Part shown: positions 21,078-30,939 of the stretch, piece by piece
How positions within the stretch are numbered: the stretch's first letter is position 1
Layout of the letters: each line of letters opens with the position of its first letter
Origin: an uncultured Bacilli bacterium
Lineage (GTDB): Bacteria > Bacillota_I > Bacilli_A > RFN20 > CAG-449
Assembly (NCBI GenBank): GCA_947588815.1
Contig: CANQAG010000004.1
Span: 26,193-90,192, forward strand
DNA length: 64,000 nt
Direction of reading: 5' to 3'
Position numbers and translations under genes: made by a program
The notes under the pieces: generated by a model
Database searches by the model: none
What the model was told of the DNA's origin: nothing
Seen by the model: only the letters and a program-made list of their open reading frames with translations

Positions 21078-21607
21078 AATTTAATGACATGACCATCAGT
21101 GAGTATTGTTTAGCTTTGAAATCAAAGACTAGCGTTCCAGGAGGTGGTTCGGCCTTGGCACTGACTTTGGAAATGGCTTGCTCTTTAGCGTTAATGACCG
21201 CTCGGTTTACAATTGATAAAAAAGGATATGAAAATTATCAAACTGAAATTAAATCGTCAATAGATAAGTTGGAAAATTTTGCGATTAAAGCTCATGAGTT
21301 AATCGATTTGGATGGTCTTGCATTTCAAGCATTGATGAAGGCATATAGTAATAAAAATCAAAATGAAATCGCTGAAAAATCGGAAGAAGCAAGCGAAATT
21401 CCGTATCTTTTATATAAATATACCAAAGATGTCGAAGATTTAGCTTCAAGATTGATGGTTATCGGAAATAAAAATGTCGCTTCGGACGCAAGTATCGCGG
21501 TCGATCTTTGCAAGGCGATTTATCCCGGTTGTATATTAAATATCAAAGCTAATATTTCCAATATTAAAAATGAGGGATTAAGAAAGAAATATTTGGATTT
21601 ATTGTAA
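21074..21607 (+). CDS. cyclodeaminase/cyclohydrolase-family protein (FtcD C-terminal-like, folate one-carbon)
   Basis: 177 aa; SVPGGGSALALTLEMACSLALMTARFT characteristic block; 4-nt overlap with upstream stop. Confidence 0.7.
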   Translation: MKFNDMTISEYCLALKSKTSVPGGGSALALTLEMACSLALMTARFTIDKKGYENYQTEIKSSIDKLENFAIKAHELIDLDGLAFQALMKAYSNKNQNEIAEKSEEASEIPYLLYKYTKDVEDLASRLMVIGNKNVASDASIAVDLCKAIYPGCILNIKANISNIKNEGLRKKYLDLL

Positions 21608-22432
21608 GTTTTTAAAAAAATTTTTTAGAAATTTGACTACTCCGTGATGATTATAATCGTGAGTTGTAATATAAGAAGTAATTTCTTTAGTCTTTTCTTT
21701 GGCATTTACCATAGCAACTCCGATTCCGGCGGCTTCAATCATATCGTTATCATTTAAATTATCTCCAAAGGCAATAGTGTGACTATGAGGAATTTGATAA
21801 TAATCTGCTAAATAAAGCATAGCTTTACCTTTACTAGAATCTAAGCTTTGAAATTGAAAGGAATATACGTCGTTAAATTTGCCCCAAAAGATCATAAAAA
21901 ATTGATCTTTGTAAAGAGGTGAATTTAACAATTCGTTAAATTGATCAATGTAATCTTCTTTTACATAAAATTCTAAGGCTAATATGTCTTCTTTAATAAT
22001 AGAATCAAGATCGCCTTCGAAAATTTGGACTTGCTTTGTATCGTGTACAATAAAAAACGGAACAAACTTGCGGTTATAAAGATAGATATGGTTTAATGAG
22101 CTTGCAAAAGCACATTTTAAATATGGTTTGGCATCATTAAAAAAACTTTTAACAAGTGCGTTTGATAATGGAAAAGTAATAGCATTTTTTATGGAGTCAT
22201 CTTTATTTAAAAATACGATTGCCGCTCCGTTATTACAAATGATGGGTTCATCATAGAGTTTTAGTTGGTGAAATTGATATAACGTTCCTTGATACGGACG
22301 ACCGGTATTAAATGAGAAATGGTGTCCTTTTTTGATTAAGCGTCGCAAAAAAATTCGTGTTTGAAACGAGATTGATTTATTTTCTTTTAATAGAGTATTG
22401 TCCATGTCAGAAGTGATTAAGTATCTATTCAT
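21599..22432 (-). CDS. Cof-type HAD-IIB family hydrolase
   Basis: ITSDMDNTLL motif I, FGDNLNDNDM motif III. Confidence 0.85.
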   Translation of the reverse strand: MNRYLITSDMDNTLLKENKSISFQTRIFLRRLIKKGHHFSFNTGRPYQGTLYQFHQLKLYDEPIICNNGAAIVFLNKDDSIKNAITFPLSNALVKSFFNDAKPYLKCAFASSLNHIYLYNRKFVPFFIVHDTKQVQIFEGDLDSIIKEDILALEFYVKEDYIDQFNELLNSPLYKDQFFMIFWGKFNDVYSFQFQSLDSSKGKAMLYLADYYQIPHSHTIAFGDNLNDNDMIEAAGIGVAMVNAKEKTKEITSYITTHDYNHHGVVKFLKNFFKNLQ

Positions 22433-22551
22433 AAGCGACTCCGTACTGCTTTTATTTTAAACTTTATTAAAAAGTTTATCAATTAGTGATTATGAAACTG
22501 TTTAATTGTTAAATAGAGTAAAAAATATTAAAATATAGATGAGGTAAATTT

Positions 22552-22893
22552 ATGAAAATTTGTGACTATTTTAATGACACGGAAATAATTAAGGATCCAA
22601 GTAATCCTTTTTCTTATTGCCTTAAAGGGGCAAACAATCATCTTATATATATTGAACCGATGTTTGAAAATCAAGTCAATTTAATTTTACTTCACCACCC
22701 GGATTGTTTAGACAAAATTGTAGCGGAAATGAAACGTATTTCACTTTTAAATGAAATTGTCATCTTTGCCGGAGATGAAGAAAATATCATCACTAAAAAA
22801 GATGGTGCTATCGAACTCACCATCTATGATCTTTTAGATAAATTACAAATTTTTGTTGAAGATAAATCACGTGGATCTGACTATGGTGATTAA
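22552..22893 (+). CDS. hypothetical protein
   Basis: 113 aa ORF with RBS; no domain recognised. Confidence 0.4.
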   Translation: MKICDYFNDTEIIKDPSNPFSYCLKGANNHLIYIEPMFENQVNLILLHHPDCLDKIVAEMKRISLLNEIVIFAGDEENIITKKDGAIELTIYDLLDKLQIFVEDKSRGSDYGD

Positions 22894-23723
22894 GCGGTAA
22901 GATGTTGAATAAGTAAAACGATAAGACCGACAATTCCTACAAGGTAGCAATAAAAGGCAAAGTAATGCAATTTGCCTTTTTTAATAATCGCAAAGATATA
23001 TTTTAAAGCAATAAAAGTGGTTAAGCCACTTATGATAATTGCGACGATATAAGCGACAATGTCATTTTGGCTGATGGAAATTGAGTCAGCTTTAAATATT
23101 TTTATAACTTCGAGAAGAAATGATCCAAAAGAAACCGGAATAAACATCAAAAAAGCGAATTTTGCCGAATCTTCATTTTTAAAGCCCCGCACTTTATTGC
23201 CGAAAATTGTGATGCCGCTACGGGAAATACCGGGCAATATACCAATTCCTTGGAAGCAGCCGATAACCAAGGCATCGACGGGCTTCATTTCTTTTAAAGT
23301 TCTTTCTTTGTTTAGCTTCTTGTTTATTAAAAGCAACGTACCTGTGATAAGAAGGAAAATAAAAACGAAAAGTAAAGACGAGAGAGTAGATTCAATAAAA
23401 TCATCAAACAATAAACCGATTATTGCCGCGGGTAAGGAAGCGATGACTAGATATAAAAACAACTTAGCATTATAAATAGTCTCTTCTTCGCGATTTTTCT
23501 TAAAGACATAAAGACATACGCCTTTTACAATATTGACAAGATCTTTAAAATAATAGGCAAGAACTGCGATCAAAGAACCAAAATGAACAAAAATTGCTAA
23601 AGTTAAATCGGTTTTCATATTCAATAAATTTTCGACTATCAAGATATGCCCTGATGACGAAATCGGTAAAATTTCACTTAGACCTTGTACTAAAGCCACG
23701 ACAATATATTTCCAAATATCCAC
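22890..23723 (-). CDS. uppP: undecaprenyl-diphosphatase
   Basis: 277 aa; LVQGLSEILPISSSGH and GISRSGITI motifs of BacA/UppP. Confidence 0.9.
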   Translation of the reverse strand: MDIWKYIVVALVQGLSEILPISSSGHILIVENLLNMKTDLTLAIFVHFGSLIAVLAYYFKDLVNIVKGVCLYVFKKNREEETIYNAKLFLYLVIASLPAAIIGLLFDDFIESTLSSLLFVFIFLLITGTLLLINKKLNKERTLKEMKPVDALVIGCFQGIGILPGISRSGITIFGNKVRGFKNEDSAKFAFLMFIPVSFGSFLLEVIKIFKADSISISQNDIVAYIVAIIISGLTTFIALKYIFAIIKKGKLHYFAFYCYLVGIVGLIVLLIQHLTA

Positions 23724-23802
23724 AACACTCCTCCTTGTTATTGATAGGAATTTATAATAAAATAAATATACTCAATTATATGTGATAAAGGAGAATTTAA
23801 CA

Positions 23803-24702
23803 ATGTCTTTCAAAGAGTTTAGCTTAATTAACAATCGCGGTGAGACACTATATGGTAATTCGTGGTTAGTGGATAAAAATACAAAAGGCAATGTAGTTAT
23901 TTCCCATGGTATGTGCGAGCATACCATGCGTTATGAACCATTAGCTAAAAAACTTAATGAAGCGGGATATAATGTTTATGGATTGGATCATATCGGGCAT
24001 AAGTTGAATTGTAGTGAAGGCTATTTGGTATGGCCGATTGATGGATTTGAAAGATGTGTCGATAACCTTTATTGCCTTTTGGATAGTTTAAAAGGGGAAC
24101 CGCTTTATTTAATTTCTCATTCGATGGGATCTTTTATTGCTCAAGCTTTAATTGAAAGAAAAGATACTTCGATTCTTTCTGGCGTAATTCTCATTGGCAC
24201 AAATGGTCCAACCCCACTTTATAAATTTGGAAAGTTTATCACGAGAACTCACGCGTTATTTGTCGACGGAAAAAAACCATCTAAATTTCTTAATAGCATC
24301 GTTTTTAGCGGATATAATAAACGCTTTAAAGACGGGAATACAAAATTAGAATGGCTTTCAGCTTCGAAAACCAATATTGAAAATTATCAAAATGACGAAT
24401 ATTGCGGGGGCATTCCTTCGACTAATTTCTTCCGTTCTTTTTTAAATAACTTAGCGAAAATTCACCGCAAAAAAGAACTTCTAAAAATTGACAAAAATAT
24501 AAAATTATTGATATTAGGCGGTGAAGATGATCCGGTTGGAAATTATGGAAAAGGAATTTTTAAATTACAAACGCTATATTCCAAATATGGTATTTCTTCA
24601 GTCGCTAAAGTGTTTCCTAAAATGAGACATGAAATATTAAATGAAGAAAATAACGAAGACGTTTATATGATAATTTTGGATTTTATTGCTGATAAAATTT
24701 AA
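23803..24702 (+). CDS. alpha/beta-hydrolase (lysophospholipase/monoacylglycerol lipase-like)
   Basis: GHSMGS nucleophile elbow; start moved to ATG 23803 with AAAGGAGA RBS (ORF-track GTG 23782 sits inside RBS). Confidence 0.75.
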   Translation: MSFKEFSLINNRGETLYGNSWLVDKNTKGNVVISHGMCEHTMRYEPLAKKLNEAGYNVYGLDHIGHKLNCSEGYLVWPIDGFERCVDNLYCLLDSLKGEPLYLISHSMGSFIAQALIERKDTSILSGVILIGTNGPTPLYKFGKFITRTHALFVDGKKPSKFLNSIVFSGYNKRFKDGNTKLEWLSASKTNIENYQNDEYCGGIPSTNFFRSFLNNLAKIHRKKELLKIDKNIKLLILGGEDDPVGNYGKGIFKLQTLYSKYGISSVAKVFPKMRHEILNEENNEDVYMIILDFIADKI

Positions 24703-24800
24703 TAAAACTTCTTTTTTGGCTGATGTTTAAAAAATAGCCATCTTGAAAAGTTTTTTTAAATATGTCACAATTATAATGATATAAGATTGGATGTGAGTTA

Positions 24801-26096
24801 ATGAAATTAACAGTTGTAGGAATGGGCTTTGTCGGCCTTGTGACCGCGGTTGGATTTGCTTCAAAGGGCAATCAAGTTTTTGCACTAGATTCTGATAAGA
24901 AAAAAATCGTTGCGCTACGTAAAAACGAAATCGAAACGATTGAACCTAAATTATATGATACTTTACTTGCTTCTGAAGCGAACATTAGGTTTACTGCGGA
25001 GACGCGAGATGCGATTTATGGCGCAGATTTAATTTTTATATGCGTTGAAACTATTGAAAAGGACAATAATCCGTGTGATACGACTGCATTATATCAAACA
25101 CTTAAAGAAATCTGTCGTTTTATTCAAAATGACGTTACGGTTGTCATTCGTTCGGCGGTTCCGGTTGGCACTTGCCAAGAAGTTCATGATTTCATGATGA
25201 CCATTACAAATAAAAAATATCGTATTGATGTTGTGAGTAATCCTGAATTCATTGCTCAAGGAACGGCGATGCGCGATATGTTAACTCCGGCGCGTGTAGT
25301 TATCGGTGTTTCTACCAAAGATTCACGCGAAAAAATGAAAGAACTTTATTCTAACTTTAAAGCACCATTACTGTTTGTTTCACCGAAAAGCGCGGAACTT
25401 ATCAAATATGCATCAAATGGATATTTAGCAGTTAAACTTTCCTACGTTAATGAACTTGCCGACTTGTGCGATGCCATTGGGGCCGATATTCAAGAAGTAA
25501 GTGTTGGTATTGGCTTAGATCCGCGTATCGGGAGTAAGTATATGTCTTCTGGTATTGGATACGGTGGACCTGCTTTGCCCCTTGATACTCAAGTTCTTTC
25601 AAATATGGCGAAGAATAACGACGTTGAACTTTCAATTCTCGATGCTGCTGTTGCAGCTAATGAAAGAAGACCGCATGCAATGATCGATAAGATGAAAAAG
25701 GAATTAGGAAGTATTGCGGGTATGCGTTTTGCGGTTCTCGGTTTGTCATATAAAGGAAATACCAATGACATTCGTCGTTCGCCGGCTTTTAGAGTTATCG
25801 AAGAATTGATTAAAGAGGATTGTCGAATTATCGCTTATGATAGTGTGGCAACGACTACCTTCCGAAAGAAAATGAAAAGTGATCAAAGAATCGCGTATGC
25901 TAATACTTTAGATGAAGCTTTAAAAACTTGCGATGCTGCCATTTTCTTAAATGATTGTGAAGAATTTAAAAATTTAACAAATGATCAAATTGTCGAATAT
26001 ATGAAAAAACCGATTGTGTTCGATGGTAAAGGAGTATTGAATCCTTATGAATTAAAGGATGTTAAATACTATGCAATCGGTAAAAAAAGGCCATAA
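24801..26096 (+). CDS. nucleotide-sugar dehydrogenase (UDP-glucose 6-dehydrogenase family)
   Basis: 431 aa; VVGMGFVGLV Rossmann N-term, catalytic Cys in GYGGPALP/SSGIGYGG region. Confidence 0.85.
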   Translation: MKLTVVGMGFVGLVTAVGFASKGNQVFALDSDKKKIVALRKNEIETIEPKLYDTLLASEANIRFTAETRDAIYGADLIFICVETIEKDNNPCDTTALYQTLKEICRFIQNDVTVVIRSAVPVGTCQEVHDFMMTITNKKYRIDVVSNPEFIAQGTAMRDMLTPARVVIGVSTKDSREKMKELYSNFKAPLLFVSPKSAELIKYASNGYLAVKLSYVNELADLCDAIGADIQEVSVGIGLDPRIGSKYMSSGIGYGGPALPLDTQVLSNMAKNNDVELSILDAAVAANERRPHAMIDKMKKELGSIAGMRFAVLGLSYKGNTNDIRRSPAFRVIEELIKEDCRIIAYDSVATTTFRKKMKSDQRIAYANTLDEALKTCDAAIFLNDCEEFKNLTNDQIVEYMKKPIVFDGKGVLNPYELKDVKYYAIGKKRP

Positions 26097-26132
26097 AAAA
26101 TTTAAATTTCGAACTTTATAAGAATTTTATTA

Positions 26133-26168
26133 ATAAGCGGTTTGTCTAAATGTCAAACCGCTTATTTT
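26133..26168 (+). terminator. rho-independent terminator after dehydrogenase gene; left boundary of defence island
   Basis: ataagcggtttg-(9 nt)-caaaccgcttat 12-bp stem then TTTT. Confidence 0.65.
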
Positions 26169-26273
26169 GTTATCTTTACTAATAATATTTAAGCTTTTTT
26201 ATTTTGACATGGATAGAATATTAGGATTTATTACTTATTTCTGTTTTTTTGGTTGCAAAATGAAATTTTTTTT

Positions 26274-26301
26274 TGACGAATTGATGCTCTGGTTGAATAA
26301 T
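26274..26301 (+). promoter_or_regulatory. putative promoter of island operon (-35 TTGACG, 17 nt, -10 AATAAT)
   Basis: hexamers read directly; position ~70 nt upstream of HTH gene; alternative AT-rich -10 candidates nearby. Confidence 0.3.
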
Positions 26302-26369
26302 TAAAAATTATTATGTATATTAAAAATGATTAATTATAAAGGTTGATATTGTTAAACGGAGGAAAGTCA

Positions 26370-26582
26370 ATGCTTATCTCATACAACAAATTGTGGAAAT
26401 TGATGATTGATAAAAACATTAATAAAACAAAGCTTCGCAAACAAGCAGGTATTTCATCGAACGCTATGGCAAAACTTGGAAAAAATGAATCTGTTCAAGT
26501 AGAGGTATTAGCGAAAATATGCAATTGCCTTGATTGTACGATGGATGAAATTATGGAAGTTTTTTCTAAAGATAAAGAATAA
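26370..26582 (+). CDS. small XRE/Cro-C1-type helix-turn-helix DNA-binding protein (possible controller of downstream R-M-like operon)
   Basis: 70 aa from ATG 26370 (ACGGAGGAAAG RBS); KTKLRKQAGISSNAMAKLGKNESVQVEVLAKICNCLDCTMDEI is a classical HTH_XRE pattern. Confidence 0.7.
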   Translation: MLISYNKLWKLMIDKNINKTKLRKQAGISSNAMAKLGKNESVQVEVLAKICNCLDCTMDEIMEVFSKDKE

Positions 26583-26636
26583 TCCCAAGGTTTAGCATAA
26601 GGCGTTATAGAATTGTTAGAAAATATGGGAGATCGT

Positions 26637-29600
26637 ATGGAACTAATAGATAATACATTAAAAACATTACGAGATGATATGGCAGGTGAAATAAAGAAAG
26701 GCAGTAAATTATCCATTGCGGCCGCTTGTTTTTCTATTTATGCATTTCAAGAGTTGAAAGAAAAATTACAAGATATAGATGAACTTCGTTTTATCTTTAC
26801 ATCACCTGCGTTTGTTACGGAAAAAGCAAAAAAGGAAAAACGAGAGTTTTATATTCCGAGACTTAATCGAGAACGTAGTCTCTATGGTACAGAATTTGAA
26901 GTGAAACTGAAAAATGAACTTAATCAAAAAGCGATAGCAAAAGAATGCGCTGACTGGATAAGAAAAAAGGTCACTTTTAAATCGAATGTCACCAATGAAA
27001 ATATGATGGGTTTTATCAACCTTGACGACAAAAACTATATGCCTATCAATGGATTTACTACTATTGATTTGGGATGTGAAAAAGGAAATAATGCTTATTG
27101 CATGATTCAAAAAACAGGTATGCCTTATGCAAAAGCGTACATGGATATTTTTGAAAAACTTTGGAACGATCAAAATAAACTTCAAGAAGTTACAGATGAA
27201 GTTATTAATAGTATTACAGCAGCATATAACGAAAATTCTCCCGATTTCATTTATTTTGTTACCCTTTACAATATCTTTAATGAATTTCTTGAAGATATAT
27301 CTGAGGACTTGTTGCCAAATGAAGCATCTGGTTTTAAGGATAGTAAGATTTGGAATATGCTTTACAATTTTCAAAGAGATGCAGCTCTTGCTATTATCAA
27401 TAAGTTGGAAAAGTTTAACGGCTGTATTCTTGCTGATAGTGTAGGGTTAGGTAAAACTTTTACGGCTCTCGCCGTTATCAAGTATTATGAAAATAGAAAT
27501 AAATCTGTTCTTGTCCTTTGCCCGAAAAAATTAGCCAACAACTGGAATACATATAAAGACAATTATGTAAATAATCCTATTGCGGAAGATAGGCTTCGCT
27601 ATGACGTCCTCTATCATACGGACTTAAACCGTACACAAGGAACTTCTAATGGCCTTGATTTAAGTAGGCTGAATTGGGGAAATTATGATCTAGTTGTAAT
27701 AGACGAATCTCATAATTTTCGTAACGGAGGAAAAGTAATAGAAAATCCTGATGATGACGATAAGGAAAATAGATATGTAAAACTTTTAAAAAAAGTTATC
27801 CGTGCCGGTGTGAAAACAAAGGTTCTTATGTTATCTGCAACACCGGTTAATAATAAATTTCTTGATTTGAAAAATCAACTTGCACTTGCCTATGAAGGCG
27901 ATACTAATTTAATTGACGAAAAATTGAATACTTCTCGAACCATTGATGAGATATTTAAAAACGCTCAAAGAGCTTTTACTACTTGGAGCAAATGGAAACC
28001 GGAAGAAAGAACTACCGAAAATTTGCTTCGGATGTTAGACTTTGATTTCTTTGAAGTTCTTGATAGCGTGACGATTGCTCGCTCCCGCAAGCACATTCAA
28101 AAATATTATGACACTACAGACATTGGTAAATTTCCTACAAGATTAAAACCAATTTCTCTTCGCCCACAACTTACTGATTTGAAATCGGCCATCAACTATA
28201 ATGAGATATTTGAACAGTTAATGCTTCTAACTCTTACAATTTATACGCCATCTCATTTTATCTTACCTAGTAGGATGGAAAAATATGCTGAAATTTTCAA
28301 AGATAACCGAGTAAATATTGGGTTTACACAAGCAAATCGTGAACAAGGTATTCAACGTTTAACAGCGATTAATTTAATGAAGCGCATGGAAAGTTCGGTA
28401 TATTCGTTTAAACTTACGCTTAATAGAATAAAAGATTTAATTAGCAGCACACTTCAATCAATAGATAATTATGACCATTCACAATCATTAACTTTTGAAT
28501 TAACCGATATTTCAAACATCGATGAATTTGATGATGAGGATCAAAATAACGATGAAATCTTTTCTATTGGAAAAAAGATTAAGATTGACATTGGTGATAT
28601 GGATTATAAATCGTGGCGCGATAGTCTTGCAAAAGACGCTGAAATTTTAGAACTTCTTTCATTAATGATTGAGGATATTACGCCTAAACATGACGCTAAA
28701 CTTCAAGAACTTTTTAGGGTGATTAAAGATAAATTTGCACAGCCTATAAACGATAACAATAAAAAAATTATTATTTTTACGGCTTTTACGGATACTGCAA
28801 AGTATTTATACGATAATGTGAGTGAATATGTTCTTTCTAATTATGGATTAAATACGGCGATGATTACCGGATCGATCGAGGGTCGTACTACGGTTCCTAA
28901 GTTGCGTTGTGATTTAAATACAGTGTTGACGTGTTTTTCCCCGATTTCAAAGAACAAACAACTTCTTATGCCAAATGACAATACCGAAATAGATATTCTG
29001 ATTGCAACGGATTGTATCTCTGAAGGACAAAATTTACAAGACTGCGACTATCTTATTAATTACGATATTCACTGGAATCCGGTACGAATTATTCAAAGAT
29101 TTGGCCGTATTGATCGTATTGGGAGTCACAATCAATATATTCAACTTGTAAATTTTTGGCCGGATGTTTCACTTGATGATTATATCAATTTAAAAGCAAG
29201 AGTTGAAACTCGTATGAAAATCGTTAATTTGACAGCAACAGGTGATGACAACATTCTTAGTGATGAAGAAAAAACAGATTTGGAATATCGTAAAGCCCAG
29301 CTTAAGCGTTTGCAAGACGAAGTTGTGGACATCGAGGATATGACAAGTGGAATATCAATAATGGATTTGGGATTAAATGAGTTTCGGTTGGATCTTTTAG
29401 AATATATGAAATATAACGATAATCTTGATAAGACTCCATTTGGGCTTCACGCCGTTGTGCCGGCAAATGATGAAATGCCGGCGGGAGTTATTTATGTCTT
29501 GAAGAATCGATCAAACAATGTAAATATCAATAATCAAAATCGGTTACATCCGTTTTATATGGTGTATATCTCTAATGAAGGTAAAGTGATATGCGATCAT

Positions 29601-29885
29601 CTTTCACCTAAAACAATGCTAGATAAGATGCGCTATCTATGCAAAGGTAAAAATGAACCTTATAAGGATCTTTGTAATAAGTTTAATCAAGAGACAAAAG
29701 ACGGGAAGGATATGCATAAATTTTCAATTCTACTCGGTAATGCAATATCCTCTATTATAGAGATAAAAGAAGAAAGCGATATCGATTCGTTCCTTAGTGG
29801 TGGACATGTTAGTTTTATCGACGCTACTATCAAAGGTTTGGATGACTTTGAACTTATTTGCTTTTTGGTTGTGAAGGAAAGATAA
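26637..29885 (+). CDS. SNF2-family (SF2) ATPase/helicase with ~270-aa N-terminal non-helicase domain
   Basis: Walker A ADSVGLGKTFTA, motif II VVIDESHNFRN, helicase-C block ILIATDCISEGQNLQDCDYLINYDIHWNPVRIIQRFGRIDRIGS; start placed at ATG 26637 (GGGAG 5 nt upstream; TTG 26613/ATG 26625 possible). Confidence 0.85.
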   Translation: MELIDNTLKTLRDDMAGEIKKGSKLSIAAACFSIYAFQELKEKLQDIDELRFIFTSPAFVTEKAKKEKREFYIPRLNRERSLYGTEFEVKLKNELNQKAIAKECADWIRKKVTFKSNVTNENMMGFINLDDKNYMPINGFTTIDLGCEKGNNAYCMIQKTGMPYAKAYMDIFEKLWNDQNKLQEVTDEVINSITAAYNENSPDFIYFVTLYNIFNEFLEDISEDLLPNEASGFKDSKIWNMLYNFQRDAALAIINKLEKFNGCILADSVGLGKTFTALAVIKYYENRNKSVLVLCPKKLANNWNTYKDNYVNNPIAEDRLRYDVLYHTDLNRTQGTSNGLDLSRLNWGNYDLVVIDESHNFRNGGKVIENPDDDDKENRYVKLLKKVIRAGVKTKVLMLSATPVNNKFLDLKNQLALAYEGDTNLIDEKLNTSRTIDEIFKNAQRAFTTWSKWKPEERTTENLLRMLDFDFFEVLDSVTIARSRKHIQKYYDTTDIGKFPTRLKPISLRPQLTDLKSAINYNEIFEQLMLLTLTIYTPSHFILPSRMEKYAEIFKDNRVNIGFTQANREQGIQRLTAINLMKRMESSVYSFKLTLNRIKDLISSTLQSIDNYDHSQSLTFELTDISNIDEFDDEDQNNDEIFSIGKKIKIDIGDMDYKSWRDSLAKDAEILELLSLMIEDITPKHDAKLQELFRVIKDKFAQPINDNNKKIIIFTAFTDTAKYLYDNVSEYVLSNYGLNTAMITGSIEGRTTVPKLRCDLNTVLTCFSPISKNKQLLMPNDNTEIDILIATDCISEGQNLQDCDYLINYDIHWNPVRIIQRFGRIDRIGSHNQYIQLVNFWPDVSLDDYINLKARVETRMKIVNLTATGDDNILSDEEKTDLEYRKAQLKRLQDEVVDIEDMTSGISIMDLGLNEFRLDLLEYMKYNDNLDKTPFGLHAVVPANDEMPAGVIYVLKNRSNNVNINNQNRLHPFYMVYISNEGKVICDHLSPKTMLDKMRYLCKGKNEPYKDLCNKFNQETKDGKDMHKFSILLGNAISSIIEIKEESDIDSFLSGGHVSFIDATIKGLDDFELICFLVVKER

Positions 29886-29888
29886 CTT

Positions 29889-30494
29889 ATGCTGGGATTA
29901 CCAAAAGCGACGGAAGTAAATAAACAGCTTCCAAAAAGTGCGATTTATTCAAAGTTCAAAATGAATATGACAGCCAAAGACCGAATTGATCGAGATATTT
30001 CACGAATTTACATCACTAATGAAGTAACTGCATCAAAAATCAACTTGAAAGATGGAGCGGAAATAAAATCCTTTTTCGTAATGTCAGTACTACTTAAACG
30101 TAAAGACTTTAATGAAAAAAATATGATTGCCCTTTCTAAGTTGATAATGCAAAATATAGTGTTAGTTCTTGAATATAAAAGTGAAGGCAAAATAATGGTG
30201 TGTCGAAATGGGAAACTTTTACAGACCGAATGGCAACCAAAGGAAAAACTTTTGCTTGAAATCAAAGGTTTGAACCTTGATATGGTATGGGATAATATCA
30301 TCATTCAAATAGGTGGATTGACTATTACATCTGGCAATACCATAGATGAACAAATAGATATTGAAGAGCAAAAAAACAAACTTCAAAAAGAGATTGATAA
30401 ACTTGAAAAACTCGCACGAGTTGAAAAACAACCTAGAAAGAAGTTTGAGATGCACCGACAAATTTTGAAATTAAAGCAGGAGGAATCGGAATGA
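29889..30494 (+). CDS. DUF4391-like small protein (helicase-associated), translationally coupled to SNF2 gene
   Basis: 201 aa; starts 3 nt after SNF2 stop with AAGGAAAG RBS; size/charge pattern and coiled-coil C-term resemble DUF4391 partners of SNF2 helicases (assignment from memory, unverified). Confidence 0.5.
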   Translation: MLGLPKATEVNKQLPKSAIYSKFKMNMTAKDRIDRDISRIYITNEVTASKINLKDGAEIKSFFVMSVLLKRKDFNEKNMIALSKLIMQNIVLVLEYKSEGKIMVCRNGKLLQTEWQPKEKLLLEIKGLNLDMVWDNIIIQIGGLTITSGNTIDEQIDIEEQKNKLQKEIDKLEKLARVEKQPRKKFEMHRQILKLKQEESE

Positions 30495-30925
30495 ATGAAA
30501 AATTTTATGAACTCTGTTATAAAATCTTGCATCGGTATTTAAATCTTCCCGATGTGGCAGATACATTTCGAAGCATACTAAAAGGAATAGATTACATAAA
30601 AAAATTTCCATGGGATATAAATGATTTTTTATGTAAAAAAAATGAAATTATCTCTTATATTCAAGATGTGCGCTGTAAAAATATAATTGATGGATATAAC
30701 GAAAATCCATATTTATTAACTCCTACACCATTTAGCAAAAAGCTTTCTGACACAAATCAAAATGAATTATATTCGAATCTAATCGGAGAAATTCCAAGAC
30801 TTATTCTTAAAGGAATGCATCAAGTTATTAAAAATTTATATAACATTAAAGATGATAATGAACTTACAGAAGAATTAGTACAAGAAAACATTACTGTTTT
30901 AATGAAATACAAACTAGTAAAATAG
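30491..30925 (+). CDS. hypothetical protein (144 aa), translationally coupled (ATGA overlap)
   Basis: AGGAGG 7 nt upstream; no recognisable domain. Confidence 0.5.
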   Translation: MNEKFYELCYKILHRYLNLPDVADTFRSILKGIDYIKKFPWDINDFLCKKNEIISYIQDVRCKNIIDGYNENPYLLTPTPFSKKLSDTNQNELYSNLIGEIPRLILKGMHQVIKNLYNIKDDNELTEELVQENITVLMKYKLVK

Positions 30926-30939
30926 GGAGGATAAAGGCG

